Part shown: positions 1 to 11,309 of the stretch, piece by piece
Layout: every line of letters begins with the position of its first letter
Numbering within the stretch: the stretch's first letter is position 1
From: Flectonema sp. DT1601
Lineage: Eukaryota
Direction of reading: 5' to 3'
DNA: 64,000 nucleotides
Assembly (NCBI GenBank): GCA_964019425.1
Contig: OZ025785.1
Location: forward strand, 1,240,001 to 1,304,000
Program-made: the position numbers and the translations under genes
The notes under the pieces: model-generated
Database searches by the model: none
The model's input: the letters and a program-made list of their open reading frames with translations, nothing else
What the model was told of the DNA's origin: nothing

Positions 1-958
1 AGCTGCTCGTCTTGAAGGTGTTTGTGCACCTGGTGCTGTTGCTATTGACAGTTCTTTACTACACTTTTTAAACATTCATGAGGGATGGTCTACTCGACAG
101 ATCTCTGAAAAGTTGAAAGGAATTGCAGAGGAACAAACAGACATAACCCTTCTCTTCCCTAATACTCTAGAACATGAAAGTTCAACCTCCTCAGTGTGTT
201 GTAGTTGGAGGAGTATGAGTAGTGCTGTAAGTGAAACACTTGTTGATAAGTTGACTTTAAAGAGATCCGCCACCACAAGTATTTTCAACCTTGAAATGAG
301 CAGCGAGGGTATTCACGTTCAAAATCACATAAACACATCGCTAGCGAAATCCATTGGCTGTTTGGAACGTACGGATGGGTCGATCGTATCGGTTCTTGCT
401 TCTTTCATAACTGTTGGTTGGAATACCAGCCGCCAATCATCTTCACATCTGCAAAGTGGAATCAGATTTGTTTCACTTCTGTTTGGTTTGTTTTCAGAGG
501 GAGACGTCTTTGTTGGAATCTCTTCGAGTCCCGTTCACTGTGGGTGGATTGGAACAAAAGAACAACGATTTATTACCGTCTTTGGTGACTGTGTTCAGAA
601 TTGCATGCACCTCTGCCAATCATGTGCTGATATTTCTGCCTTTGCCCTCTGCTCTGACTTTCCCACTGAAGTCAGTGTGTTGCGTCCTATCGATCGCTGG
701 AGAGGAAGTAATAGTGTCAAAACAGTTTACCAGATAAATGCTTCAAAATTAAAGCAGATAATTGCAACTAAAACACCTGAAGAAGTAGTGGACAACGAAG
801 ATCAGAGCAGTGAATGGGGTTGGAGTTCAGAATACACGGACGCTTTTACAAAAGGAGACTGGGAGACAATTGAAGAACAGCGAAACCCTTCCGACGATGT
901 CTTGAAGAGAGTTGCTGAACTTGCTCGGACTGGAAAGAGTCTGCGAATGATATTTTAG
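1..958 (+). CDS. Adenylate cyclase-like protein, 3' part (gene starts before the window)
   Basis: Near-identical to the C-terminal half of the 745-aa copies; the window opens at AARLEGVCAPG. Confidence 0.9.
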   Translation, partial: AARLEGVCAPGAVAIDSSLLHFLNIHEGWSTRQISEKLKGIAEEQTDITLLFPNTLEHESSTSSVCCSWRSMSSAVSETLVDKLTLKRSATTSIFNLEMSSEGIHVQNHINTSLAKSIGCLERTDGSIVSVLASFITVGWNTSRQSSSHLQSGIRFVSLLFGLFSEGDVFVGISSSPVHCGWIGTKEQRFITVFGDCVQNCMHLCQSCADISAFALCSDFPTEVSVLRPIDRWRGSNSVKTVYQINASKLKQIIATKTPEEVVDNEDQSSEWGWSSEYTDAFTKGDWETIEEQRNPSDDVLKRVAELARTGKSLRMIF

Positions 959-1170
959 TCAGCACTCGCAATACGGTGAAATCGGGACAGATGTATCCTT
1001 GGAGAGTTCATTCATAATTATTTTGTGTCATTTCTATGCCACAGCATTGCCTTTTTTTATTTACACCGACTGATTAAGAGCCGTTATTTATTATTGTTGT
1101 TTGTGGTCAACTGTTTAGAATATTCTTATATCTTTTGATTTAACAGTGAAATGATTTACTGAAGGTCAAC

Positions 1171-3408
1171 ATGACGACAGTAAACAATCAATCAACTCGT
1201 ATTGCTGACGCGTATTCTCCGTTTCGCATCTTTTACTCGGATGATGACACGGAAGAAGATCGTCGCAAGAAAAAAATCTCTACATCTACTGTAATGTTCG
1301 GCTATGTGGGTATGGGGGCGTCTTTGTTATCTGCAACTTCAACCTATGTAATGCTTTATTCTTACTGTGTATTAAGTAGTCTCCCATTTATGTTGAAATG
1401 GGCGATCACGAAAAAACAAAGAGACAATGAGATAGCTGCGGTTCTGCTACTCTGGGTACCACTAATATTACTATTTGACTTGGTACATATGAGTGAGATG
1501 ATGGATCCCATTTGGCCGACTGTAGTGTTGACAGTTGATGTCACATTGCTTTGTAAATTACCCACAAGAGTTACTTCAACAATCGTATTAACTGTATCCT
1601 TCTATATGTCCTTGTTGTGTGCAGAAAGAATCCTGAGATTTGGTCTTTTTGACATATTCCCAGTCGAAAAACTAAAACTTATGAACAAGTGTTTCAACAT
1701 CACACAAGAGGAAATAGATGCCACCCCGTGCAAAATAGAACCAACATATGCGGTCACGTTTTGTATGTTATATTTAGGTGTCTTTATCCTTGACTATTAC
1801 TGTACGAGGGGATTCGCTGTGGGTATGCGAAATGAACAGGCTAAACTAAAAGCCAGTGTGTCCCTTGCTGAGAATGTTGTCACTTCTCTTGTTAGATTTG
1901 ATTTGGAAGAAGCGAAAAGTCAACTCTCCAGTGAAGACACTCCGCTAACAGCAACTCTATCAACTCTGATAGAAAACTTACGACTATATCGTCCATACTT
2001 ACCAGATGCTTTATTTGAGCTTTCTGAGCAGGTGAGATCCCGTGACACGGTGAAACCTCCTGAAGGACATGCTGCCATAGTCTTCACTGACTTGAAATCA
2101 TCAACAGCTATTTGGGAAGCCTCACCTGATGCTATGAAGCGCGCGTTGAAAACCCACAACAAGATAATTCGCAATGGGATATCTGAATTTGAAGGTTACG
2201 AAGTGAAAACGATTGGAGATTCGTTTATGGTGGCGTTTGCCGAATTCGAATCCGCCTGCAAATTCGCGATGTCGATCCAAGAAAAGTTCAGCTATGCTTC
2301 ATGGCCTAATGATTTGGTGCTTCCGGCAGAATTCCAAAGGCATGCATGGACAGGTCTTATGATGCGAATTGGTGTTCACTTCGGAGAAGTTGCAAGCGAC
2401 GTCAGTGCTTGCAGTGGTCGAACTGATTATGTTGGGAGAAGTGTTAACAAAGCTGCTCGTCTTGAAGGTGTTTGTGCACCTGGTGCTGTTGCTATTGACA
2501 GTTCTTTACGTCACCTTTTAAACATTCGTGAGGGATGGTCTACTCGACAGATCTCTGAAAAGTTGAAAGGAATTGCAGAGGAACAAACAGACATAACCCT
2601 TCTCTTCCCTAATACTCTAGAACATGAAAGTTCAACCTCCTCAGTGTGTTGTAGTTGGAGGAGTATGAGTAGTGCTGTAAGTGAAACACTTGTTGATAAG
2701 TTGACCTTAAAGAGATCCGCCACCACAAGTATTTTCAACCTTGAAATGAGCAGCGAGGGTATTCACGTTCAAAATCACATAAACACATCGCTAGCGAAAT
2801 CCATTGGCTGTTTGGAACGTACGGATGGGTCGATCGTATCGGTTCTTGCTTCTTTCATAACTGTTGGTTGGAATACCAGCCGCCAATCATCTTCACATCT
2901 GCAAAGTGGAATCAGATTTGTTTCACTTCTGTTTGGTTTGTTTTCAGAGGGAGACGTCTTTGTTGGAATCTCTTCGAGTCCCGTTCACTGTGGGTGGATT
3001 GGAACAAAAGAACAACGATTTATTACCGTCTTTGGTGACTGTGTTCAGAATTGCATGCACCTCTGCCAATCATGTGCTGATATTTCTGCCTTTGCCCTCT
3101 GCTCTGACTTTCCCACTGAAGTCAGTGTGTTGCGTCCTATCGATCGCTGGAGAGGAAGTAATGGTGTCAAAACAGTTTACCAGATAAATGCTTCAAAATT
3201 AAAGCAGATAATTGCAACTAAAGCACCTGAAGAAGTAGTGGACAACGAAGATCAGAGCAGTGAATGGGGTTGGAGTTCAGAATACACGGACGCTTTTACA
3301 AAGGGAGACTGGGAGACAATTGAAGAACAGCGAAACCCTTCCGACGATGTCTTGAAGAGAGTTGCTGAACTTGCTCGGACTGGAAAGAGTCTGCGAATGA
3401 TATTTTAG
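1171..3408 (+). CDS. Multi-pass membrane class III adenylate cyclase-like protein, 745 aa (variant N-terminus)
   Basis: Several hydrophobic segments in aa ~40-215. Class III cyclase motifs IVFTDLKSST, EVKTIGDSFMVAF, MRIGVHFG and DYVGRSVNKAARLE; Lys in VKTIGD suggests ATP specificity. Confidence 0.92.
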   Translation: MTTVNNQSTRIADAYSPFRIFYSDDDTEEDRRKKKISTSTVMFGYVGMGASLLSATSTYVMLYSYCVLSSLPFMLKWAITKKQRDNEIAAVLLLWVPLILLFDLVHMSEMMDPIWPTVVLTVDVTLLCKLPTRVTSTIVLTVSFYMSLLCAERILRFGLFDIFPVEKLKLMNKCFNITQEEIDATPCKIEPTYAVTFCMLYLGVFILDYYCTRGFAVGMRNEQAKLKASVSLAENVVTSLVRFDLEEAKSQLSSEDTPLTATLSTLIENLRLYRPYLPDALFELSEQVRSRDTVKPPEGHAAIVFTDLKSSTAIWEASPDAMKRALKTHNKIIRNGISEFEGYEVKTIGDSFMVAFAEFESACKFAMSIQEKFSYASWPNDLVLPAEFQRHAWTGLMMRIGVHFGEVASDVSACSGRTDYVGRSVNKAARLEGVCAPGAVAIDSSLRHLLNIREGWSTRQISEKLKGIAEEQTDITLLFPNTLEHESSTSSVCCSWRSMSSAVSETLVDKLTLKRSATTSIFNLEMSSEGIHVQNHINTSLAKSIGCLERTDGSIVSVLASFITVGWNTSRQSSSHLQSGIRFVSLLFGLFSEGDVFVGISSSPVHCGWIGTKEQRFITVFGDCVQNCMHLCQSCADISAFALCSDFPTEVSVLRPIDRWRGSNGVKTVYQINASKLKQIIATKAPEEVVDNEDQSSEWGWSSEYTDAFTKGDWETIEEQRNPSDDVLKRVAELARTGKSLRMIF

Positions 3409-3620
3409 TCAGCACTCGCAATTCGGTGAAATCGGGACAGATGTATCCTTGGAGAGTTCATTCATAATTATTTTGTGTCATTTCTATGCCACAGCATTGC
3501 CTTTTTTTATTTACACCGACTGATTAAGAGCCGTTATTTATTATTGTTGTTTGTGGTCAACTGTTTAGAATATTCTTATATCTTTTGATTTAACAGTGAA
3601 ATGATTTACTGAAGGTCAAC

Positions 3621-5858
3621 ATGACGACAGTAAACAATCAATCAACTCGTATTGCTGACGCGTATTCTCCGTTTCGAATCTTTTACTCGGAAGATGACAC
3701 GGAAGAAGATCGTCGCAAGAAAAAAATCACTACATCTACTATACTATTTGCCTATTTAGGTATGCTCAGGACTTTCGCGTGGCCATCGCAGTCCTTTGTT
3801 ATGCTTTGTTGTTACGGTGTTGTAACTAGTCTTCCGTTCTTGTTGAAATGGGCGATCACAAAGAAACAAAGAGACAATGAGATAGCTACGTATTTGCTTC
3901 TCTGGGTTCCAATGGTATTACTATTTGACTTGGTTTATATGAGTGAAATGATGGATCCCATTTGGCCGACTGTGGTGTTAATAGCGGATGTTGCGTTGCT
4001 TTGTAGATTACCCACAAGAGTTAATTCAACAATCATAGTATTAGTAACTTTATATATGATCTTGCTGTGTTCAGAAAGAATCCTGAGATTCGGTCTTTAC
4101 GAACTGTTACCAAGCAAAAAAATGAGATTATTAGATACGTGTTTCAACATAACACAAGAAGAAATAGATGCCACCCCGTGTAAAATTAATCCCATTAATG
4201 CGATATCAACTTCTTGGACATATTTGGGTATTTTTATCCTTGACTATTACTGTACGATGGGATTCGCTGTGGGTATGCGAAATGAACAGGCTAAACTAAA
4301 AGCCAGTGTGTCCCTTGCTGAGAATGTTGTCACTTCTCTTGTTGGATTTGATTTGGAAGAAGCGAAAAGTCAACTCTCCAGTGAAGACACTCCGCTAACA
4401 GCAACTCTATCAACTCTGATAGAAAACTTACGACTATATCGTCCATACTTACCAGATGCTTTATTTGAGCTATCTGAGCAGGTAGGATCCCGTGACACGG
4501 TGAAACCTCCTGAAGGACATGCTGCCATAGTCTTCACTGACTTGAAATCTTCAACAGCTATTTGGGAAGCCTCACCCGATGCTATGAAGCGCGCGTTGAA
4601 AACCCACAACAAGATAATTCGCAATGGGATATCTGAATTTGAAGGTTACGAAGTGAAAACGATTGGAGATTCGTTTATGGTGGCGTTTGCCGAATTCGAA
4701 TCCGCCTGCAAATTCGCGATGTCGATCCAAGAAAAGTTCAGCTATGCTTCATGGCCTAATGATTTGGTGCTTCCGGCAGAATTTCAGAGGCATGCATGGA
4801 CAGGTCTTATGATGCGAATTGGTGTTCACTTCGGAGAAGTTGCAAGCGACGTCAGTGCTTGCAGTGGTCGAACTGATTATGTTGGGAGAAGTGTTAACAA
4901 AGCTGCTCGTCTTGAAGGTGTTTGTGCACCTGGTGCTGTTGCTATTGACAGTTCTTTACTACACTTTTTAAGCATTCGTGAGGGATGGTCTACTCGACAG
5001 ATCTCTGAAAAGTTGAAAGGAATTGCAGAGGAACAAACAGACATAACCCTTCTCTTCCCTAATACTCTAGAACATGAAAGTTCAACCTCCTCAGTGTGTT
5101 GTAGTTGGAGGAGTATGAGTAGTGCTGTAAGTGAAACACTTGTTGATAAGTTGACTTTAAAGAGATCCGCCACCACAAGTATTTTCAACCTTGAAATGAG
5201 CAGCGAGGGTATTCACGTTCAAAATCACATAAACACATCGCTAGCGAAATCCATTGGCTGTTTGGAACGTACGGATGGGTCGATCGTATCGGTTCTTGCT
5301 TCTTTCATAACTGTTGGTTGGAATACCAGCCGCCAATCATCTTCACATCTGCAAAGTGGAATCAGATTTGTTTCACTTCTATTTGGTTTGTTTTCAGAGG
5401 GAGACGTCTTTGTTGGAATCTCTTCGAGTCCCGTTCACTGTGGGTGGATTGGAACAAAAGAACAACGATTTATTACCGTCTTTGGTGACTGTGTTCAGAA
5501 TTGCATGCACCTCTGCCAATCATGTGCTGATATTTCTGCCTTTGCCCTCTGCTCTGACTTTCCCACTGAAGTCAGTGTGTTGCGTCCTATCGATCGCTGG
5601 AGAGGAAGTAATGGTGTCAAAACAGTTTACCAGATAAATGCTTCAAAATTAAAGCAGATAATTGCAACTAAAGCACCTGAAGAAGTAGTGGACAACGAAG
5701 ATCAGAGCAGTGAATGGGGTTGGAGTTCAGAATACACGGACGCTTTTACAAAGGGAGACTGGGAGACAATTGAAGAACAGCGAAACCCTTCCGACGATGT
5801 CTTGAAGAGAGTTGCTGAACTTGCTCGGACTGGAAAGAGTCTGCGAATGATATTTTAG
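3621..5858 (+). CDS. Membrane adenylate cyclase-like protein, 745 aa
   Basis: Same cyclase motifs; the transmembrane region differs from the 1171 copy. Confidence 0.92.
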   Translation: MTTVNNQSTRIADAYSPFRIFYSEDDTEEDRRKKKITTSTILFAYLGMLRTFAWPSQSFVMLCCYGVVTSLPFLLKWAITKKQRDNEIATYLLLWVPMVLLFDLVYMSEMMDPIWPTVVLIADVALLCRLPTRVNSTIIVLVTLYMILLCSERILRFGLYELLPSKKMRLLDTCFNITQEEIDATPCKINPINAISTSWTYLGIFILDYYCTMGFAVGMRNEQAKLKASVSLAENVVTSLVGFDLEEAKSQLSSEDTPLTATLSTLIENLRLYRPYLPDALFELSEQVGSRDTVKPPEGHAAIVFTDLKSSTAIWEASPDAMKRALKTHNKIIRNGISEFEGYEVKTIGDSFMVAFAEFESACKFAMSIQEKFSYASWPNDLVLPAEFQRHAWTGLMMRIGVHFGEVASDVSACSGRTDYVGRSVNKAARLEGVCAPGAVAIDSSLLHFLSIREGWSTRQISEKLKGIAEEQTDITLLFPNTLEHESSTSSVCCSWRSMSSAVSETLVDKLTLKRSATTSIFNLEMSSEGIHVQNHINTSLAKSIGCLERTDGSIVSVLASFITVGWNTSRQSSSHLQSGIRFVSLLFGLFSEGDVFVGISSSPVHCGWIGTKEQRFITVFGDCVQNCMHLCQSCADISAFALCSDFPTEVSVLRPIDRWRGSNGVKTVYQINASKLKQIIATKAPEEVVDNEDQSSEWGWSSEYTDAFTKGDWETIEEQRNPSDDVLKRVAELARTGKSLRMIF

Positions 5859-6070
5859 TCAGCACTCGCAATTCGGTGAAATCGGGACAGATGTATCCTT
5901 GGAGAGTTCATTCATAATTATTTTGTGTCATTTCTATGCCACAGCATTGCCTTTTTTTATTTACACCGACTGATTAAGAGCCGTTATTTATTATTGTTGT
6001 TTGTGGTCAACTGTTTAGAATATTCTTATATCTTTTGATTTAACAGTGAAATGATTTACTGAAGGTCAAC

Positions 6071-8308
6071 ATGACGACAGTAAACAATCAATCAACTCGT
6101 ATTGCTGACGCGTATTCTCCGTTTCGAATCTTTTACTCGGAAGATGACACGGAAGAAGATCGTCGCAAGAAAAAAATCACTACATCTACTATACTATTTG
6201 CCTATTTAGGTATGCTCAGGACTTTCGCGTGGCCATCGCAGTCCTTTGTTATGCTTTGTTGTTACGGTGTTGTAACTAGTCTTCCGTTCTTGTTGAAATG
6301 GGCGATCACAAAGAAACAAAGAGACAATGAGATAGCTACGTATTTGCTTCTCTGGGTTCCAATGGTATTACTATTTGACTTGGTTTATATGAGTGAAATG
6401 ATGGATCCCATTTGGCCGACTGTGGTGTTAATAGCGGATGTTGCGTTGCTTTGTAGATTACCCACAAGAGTTAATTCAACAATCATAGTATTAGTAACTT
6501 TATATATGATCTTGCTGTGTTCAGAAAGAATCCTGAGATTCGGTCTTTACGAACTGTTACCAAGCAAAAAAATGAGATTATTAGATACGTGTTTCAACAT
6601 AACACAAGAAGAAATAGATGCCACCCCGTGTAAAATTAATCCCATTAATGCGATATCAACTTCTTGGACATATTTGGGTATTTTTATCCTTGACTATTAC
6701 TGTACGATGGGATTCGCTGTGGGTATGCGAAATGAACAGGCTAAACTAAAAGCCAGTGTGTCCCTTGCTGAGAATGTTGTCACTTCTCTTGTTGGATTTG
6801 ATTTGGAAGAAGCGAAAAGTCAACTCTCCAGTGAAGACACTCCGCTAACAGCAACTCTATCAACTCTGATAGAAAACTTACGACTATATCGTCCATACTT
6901 ACCAGATGCTTTATTTGAGCTATCTGAGCAGGTAGGATCCCGTGACACGGTGAAACCTCCTGAAGGACATGCTGCCATAGTCTTCACTGACTTGAAATCT
7001 TCAACAGCTATTTGGGAAGCCTCACCCGATGCTATGAAGCGCGCGTTGAAAACCCACAACAAGATAATTCGCAATGGGATATCTGAATTTGAAGGTTACG
7101 AAGTGAAAACGATTGGAGATTCGTTTATGGTGGCGTTTGCCGAATTCGAATCCGCCTGCAAATTCGCGATGTCGATCCAAGAAAAGTTCAGCTATGCTTC
7201 ATGGCCTAATGATTTGGTGCTTCCGGCAGAATTTCAGAGGCATGCATGGACAGGTCTTATGATGCGAATTGGTGTTCACTTCGGAGAAGTTGCAAGCGAC
7301 GTCAGTGCTTGCAGTGGTCGAACTGATTATGTTGGGAGAAGTGTTAACAAAGCTGCTCGTCTTGAAGGTGTTTGTGCACCTGGTGCTGTTGCTATTGACA
7401 GTTCTTTACTACACTTTTTAAGCATTCGTGAGGGATGGTCTACTCGACAGATCTCTGAAAAGTTGAAAGGAATTGCAGAGGAACAAACAGACATAACCCT
7501 TCTCTTCCCTAATACTCTAGAACATGAAAGTTCAACCTCCTCAGTGTGTTGTAGTTGGAGGAGTATGAGTAGTGCTGTAAGTGAAACACTTGTTGATAAG
7601 TTGACTTTAAAGAGATCCGCCACCACAAGTATTTTCAACCTTGAAATGAGCAGCGAGGGTATTCACGTTCAAAATCACATAAACACATCGCTAGCGAAAT
7701 CCATTGGCTGTTTGGAACGTACGGATGGGTCGATCGTATCGGTTCTTGCTTCTTTCATAACTGTTGGTTGGAATACCAGCCGCCAATCATCTTCACATCT
7801 GCAAAGTGGAATCAGATTTGTTTCACTTCTATTTGGTTTGTTTTCAGAGGGAGACGTCTTTGTTGGAATCTCTTCGAGTCCCGTTCACTGTGGGTGGATT
7901 GGAACAAAAGAACAACGATTTATTACCGTCTTTGGTGACTGTGTTCAGAATTGCATGCACCTCTGCCAATCATGTGCTGATATTTCTGCCTTTGCCCTCT
8001 GCTCTGACTTTCCCACTGAAGTCAGTGTGTTGCGTCCTATCGATCGCTGGAGAGGAAGTAATGGTGTCAAAACAGTTTACCAGATAAATGCTTCAAAATT
8101 AAAGCAGATAATTGCAACTAAAACACCTGAAGAAGTAGTGGACAACGAAGATCAGAGCAGTGAATGGGGTTGGAGTTCAGAATACACGGACGCTTTTACA
8201 AAGGGAGACTGGGAGACAATTGAAGAACAGCGAAACCCTTCCGACGATGTCTTGAAGAGAGTTGCTGAACTTGCTCGGACTGGAAAGAGTCTGCGAATGA
8301 TATTTTAG
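6071..8308 (+). CDS. Membrane adenylate cyclase-like protein, 745 aa
   Basis: Essentially identical to the 3621 copy (KAPEE/KTPEE difference). Confidence 0.92.
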   Translation: MTTVNNQSTRIADAYSPFRIFYSEDDTEEDRRKKKITTSTILFAYLGMLRTFAWPSQSFVMLCCYGVVTSLPFLLKWAITKKQRDNEIATYLLLWVPMVLLFDLVYMSEMMDPIWPTVVLIADVALLCRLPTRVNSTIIVLVTLYMILLCSERILRFGLYELLPSKKMRLLDTCFNITQEEIDATPCKINPINAISTSWTYLGIFILDYYCTMGFAVGMRNEQAKLKASVSLAENVVTSLVGFDLEEAKSQLSSEDTPLTATLSTLIENLRLYRPYLPDALFELSEQVGSRDTVKPPEGHAAIVFTDLKSSTAIWEASPDAMKRALKTHNKIIRNGISEFEGYEVKTIGDSFMVAFAEFESACKFAMSIQEKFSYASWPNDLVLPAEFQRHAWTGLMMRIGVHFGEVASDVSACSGRTDYVGRSVNKAARLEGVCAPGAVAIDSSLLHFLSIREGWSTRQISEKLKGIAEEQTDITLLFPNTLEHESSTSSVCCSWRSMSSAVSETLVDKLTLKRSATTSIFNLEMSSEGIHVQNHINTSLAKSIGCLERTDGSIVSVLASFITVGWNTSRQSSSHLQSGIRFVSLLFGLFSEGDVFVGISSSPVHCGWIGTKEQRFITVFGDCVQNCMHLCQSCADISAFALCSDFPTEVSVLRPIDRWRGSNGVKTVYQINASKLKQIIATKTPEEVVDNEDQSSEWGWSSEYTDAFTKGDWETIEEQRNPSDDVLKRVAELARTGKSLRMIF

Positions 8309-8743
8309 TCAGCACTCGCAATACGGTGAAATCGGGACAGATGTATCCTTGGAGAGTTCATTCATAATTATTTTGTGTCATTTCTATGCCGCAATTTATT
8401 ATTTTTTAAAATTTCCTTTTCTGGGATATGTTCTGCTTGTTTTACGCGCCATGCGGATCTTTAATACTAGCTGTTTCAGCGATTCAAATTTATGATTGGT
8501 TTCGGAAGTAGCGAGGTACAGAGGCGATCTATGTTTTCTTTATTTACCCTTTTAAATGTTAAAGACAAATAATATAGTTTTCCCATTTATGTTTTCTTTT
8601 TCTAGACGTAATTTGTCTTTGATTAACAACTGTTAATATTTTTTAGTCAAGTACTTGATATTAATTTTAATACCTAAAGTTGTTACTGTTCTTCCATTGT
8701 CAAAGTTTCACCCCCTTTTAAATGTTTCAGATTATTATTCAAA

Positions 8744-9529
8744 ATGGCAGCTGCTGTTGTCGGAGACTCAGAATTCGATGTAGGGGCATTATTAATTGTA
8801 AACCGAGTACAGCCAGATGGATACACTGAAGAAGTCTTAAAACGTTCAGCACAAGCAGAAACACAAGAATTAGTTGCGAAGCTTTTTGATTTGCCGACCG
8901 ACGTCAATGACGATGGCGTACTGGTATGTTTTGCTGTTTTCTTTTTGTGGTGGCTAAAGTAGTTGTTCTCTTTTGTTTTTGGAACATCTCACATGTGATT
9001 AAGGAAAATAATATTTAGTTGTAACCACTAACAGGCACACCTTCCGAACCCAACGTACCAACTCCCTCGTGAAAAACCACCACCGTCTGATAAGGCGTTA
9101 ACAAAGTGGGAAGAATTTAGAAAGGAGAAGGGATTGAAAAAGAGGAATAAGGAGAAGCGTGTCTGGGATGAAGAGAAGCAGGAACACGTAGCAGTGTATG
9201 GAGCAAAGAGAAGACAGTTGGACAGAAAGATGGATTGGCTGAGAGAAGTACCAGATAACTACACTCCAAAAGAAGATGGAGGAGATGCCTTTCTTGACGA
9301 TAAAATCGACCGTCGTGAGCGTGTTAGCAAACAGAAGTCACGTGAGCAGGCTAACCAGCGTCGCAGCCGCGATAACAGCGCCATTGCTTCTCTCGACACA
9401 GCCTCTTCCAAACTCGCTACTGCTAGTATGGGTAAATTCGATAGCAATGCGTCGAAGGTTAGCATTGGAAAGAAGGCACCAAAAAAAGCCGCCAAGAAAT
9501 CTAAAATTGCCATGCGCAAGAGAAGGTAA
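8744..9529 (+). CDS. RRS1: Ribosome biogenesis regulatory protein (exons 8744-8923, 9035-9529)
   Basis: A GTATGT...CTAACAG intron (8924-9034) joins the exons in frame, giving TQELVAKLFDLP...LPNPTYQLPREKPPP...LTKWEEFRKEKG...VWDEEKQE, the RRS1 signature. Confidence 0.9.
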
Positions 9530-10149
9530 GCTCCCTACTTCAAATATCTACTTCTGTGTTATAGCGTCCTTAGCGACGGCTCGGGGCCGAAATGCACGTT
9601 TTCTGAAACCCTGTCGGGGTTATGATGACACTTCTGGTTGGGAGGAGGATACCTATCGGCAGTGGGTGTTATTTGGTTTGTTACTCCTGTTTGAATTGTT
9701 ATCGTAAGATCGAAGATTGTCACGACGTTAAGCTCAACCCTTTTTGCTTGCAGAACTGTGAATCAGCAGGTTGCAATAGCTGTGTATCCAGTTGGTATTT
9801 GTAGTCAGCCTTTTTTCTTACCTTCAATGTGATGAAGACGGTGCAGATTTTTATATTATTAAGCATTCTTCCAATGATCGTTGTCTGGGCAAGAAAGGAA
9901 TAAAAAATGTTAGCACCAGTTACGTGCGCAAAACAAGTTTCGGTATCTTCCCAACCCCTTTCCTTTCCTCCTGTTTAAAGTTATCAATCGGTTCTCAGCT
10001 AATCATTACGTCACAAAGTGTTTTATCAGTAGTTTGGTTGTATTGAATTGTTTTTCTTATGTAACTTTTTTTTCAACACAGAAACATAACAGAAGCCCTG
10101 GAGTAGTCTTAAGAAGCAAATTACATTATCTTTTTCAGACATCTGCAAA

Positions 10150-10807
10150 ATGTCAGTGTTACGGTCTGCCCTGTTACTGGCTGTTGTTGCCTGTGCTGTG
10201 GGTATTACTGTGAAAGTTGAACCAAGATCTGAAGAATGTTTAATTGAAGAGATATCAGATCACGGTGTACCAATCACAATGATATTTCAGGTCACAGCTG
10301 GTGGTCATCTTGATATTGATTGCATGATTAGTGACCAAAGAGGAAATGTTATTCAGTCATACAAGGGACAACAAGACGGAAGACATCATTGGACAAGTGT
10401 CGGCTCAGGAGAATACAAAATCTGTTTCTCCAATGAGATGGCAAGGTACACCCCAAAGTGGGTTTCGTTCTACATTTCAGTTGGCAACAGTCCAAACACA
10501 GCGAGATTGGAACACCTTGACCCTATTGAGCAGACTATTATCCAGCTCTCACAGGGACTTACTGAGCTTCAGGACGAGCAGAAGCTTCTCCGTGCGGTAG
10601 AGCGCTTGCACAGAGATACTATCGACACCACTAACACAAGAATCCTGTACTGGTCTATCTTTGAAGCAATTGTCCTTGTCACAATGGGTCTGTTTCAGGT
10701 ATGCGTTTCTGTTCCTGTCAGTTGAATGAGTTGTGTGGAAATCAACAAAAACAACAAAACAGATTTACTATCTGAAGAGATTCCTAGAAGTGAAGTCATC
10801 AATCTAA
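10150..10807 (+). CDS. p24/emp24/gp25L (TMED) family cargo receptor (exons 10150-10698, 10763-10807)
   Basis: Signal peptide, GOLD domain (EECLIEE...GEYKICFSNEM), coiled coil and a TM helix. A GTATGC...AACAG intron gives the typical tail FQIYYLKRFLEVKSSI*. Confidence 0.93.
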
Positions 10808-11309
10808 GTTCTGAGAGGGGGAAAAGGGGAAAAAAAAAAGAGAGAGAACAAAAACAAGGAACTGGAGACTGCTGTTCGCACGTTTTCTTTTGTTGCTGTC
10901 ATTTGTTTTTTTTTTTTTTTTTTTTTTACTTTTTTGCTTTAAAACGCTGCAGTGATCTGCGCACCGCCAAAAGTCATCTCCTGTTCTTATTACAATTCAA
11001 GTTGGTGCATTTGGAGAAAAAAAAAAAGATGAAAGTAAAAAGGAACGAATTTACAGAAAACAACCGAGTGTTTGTTTTTTTTTTGTTTTTTTCGCATTTG
11101 AGGGGAAAAAAAGAAGAAAAACAGCTAATGAATATGGATAACGATTCTTACCGAGCGATTAAGCTGAGTCAGCAATAAAAAACAATATGCAGCACAGAGT
11201 ACAGGTCACACTAACTATGAGATATTTATGATTGCATTCGTTTGAAGTCATCGTTCGTCAGTTTTGAAAAATTATTTCCTAACAGATACAAACATGGCAT
11301 CAGAGTAAA

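Larger units (their letters stand above)
1..8390 (+). repeat. Tandem array of adenylate cyclase-like genes, 2450-bp unit (partial + 3 full copies)
   Basis: ATGs at 1171, 3621 and 6071 and stops at 958, 3408, 5858 and 8308 are spaced exactly 2450 bp apart. Spacers are near-identical and identity ends at about 8390 (tttctatgcc). Confidence 0.97.
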
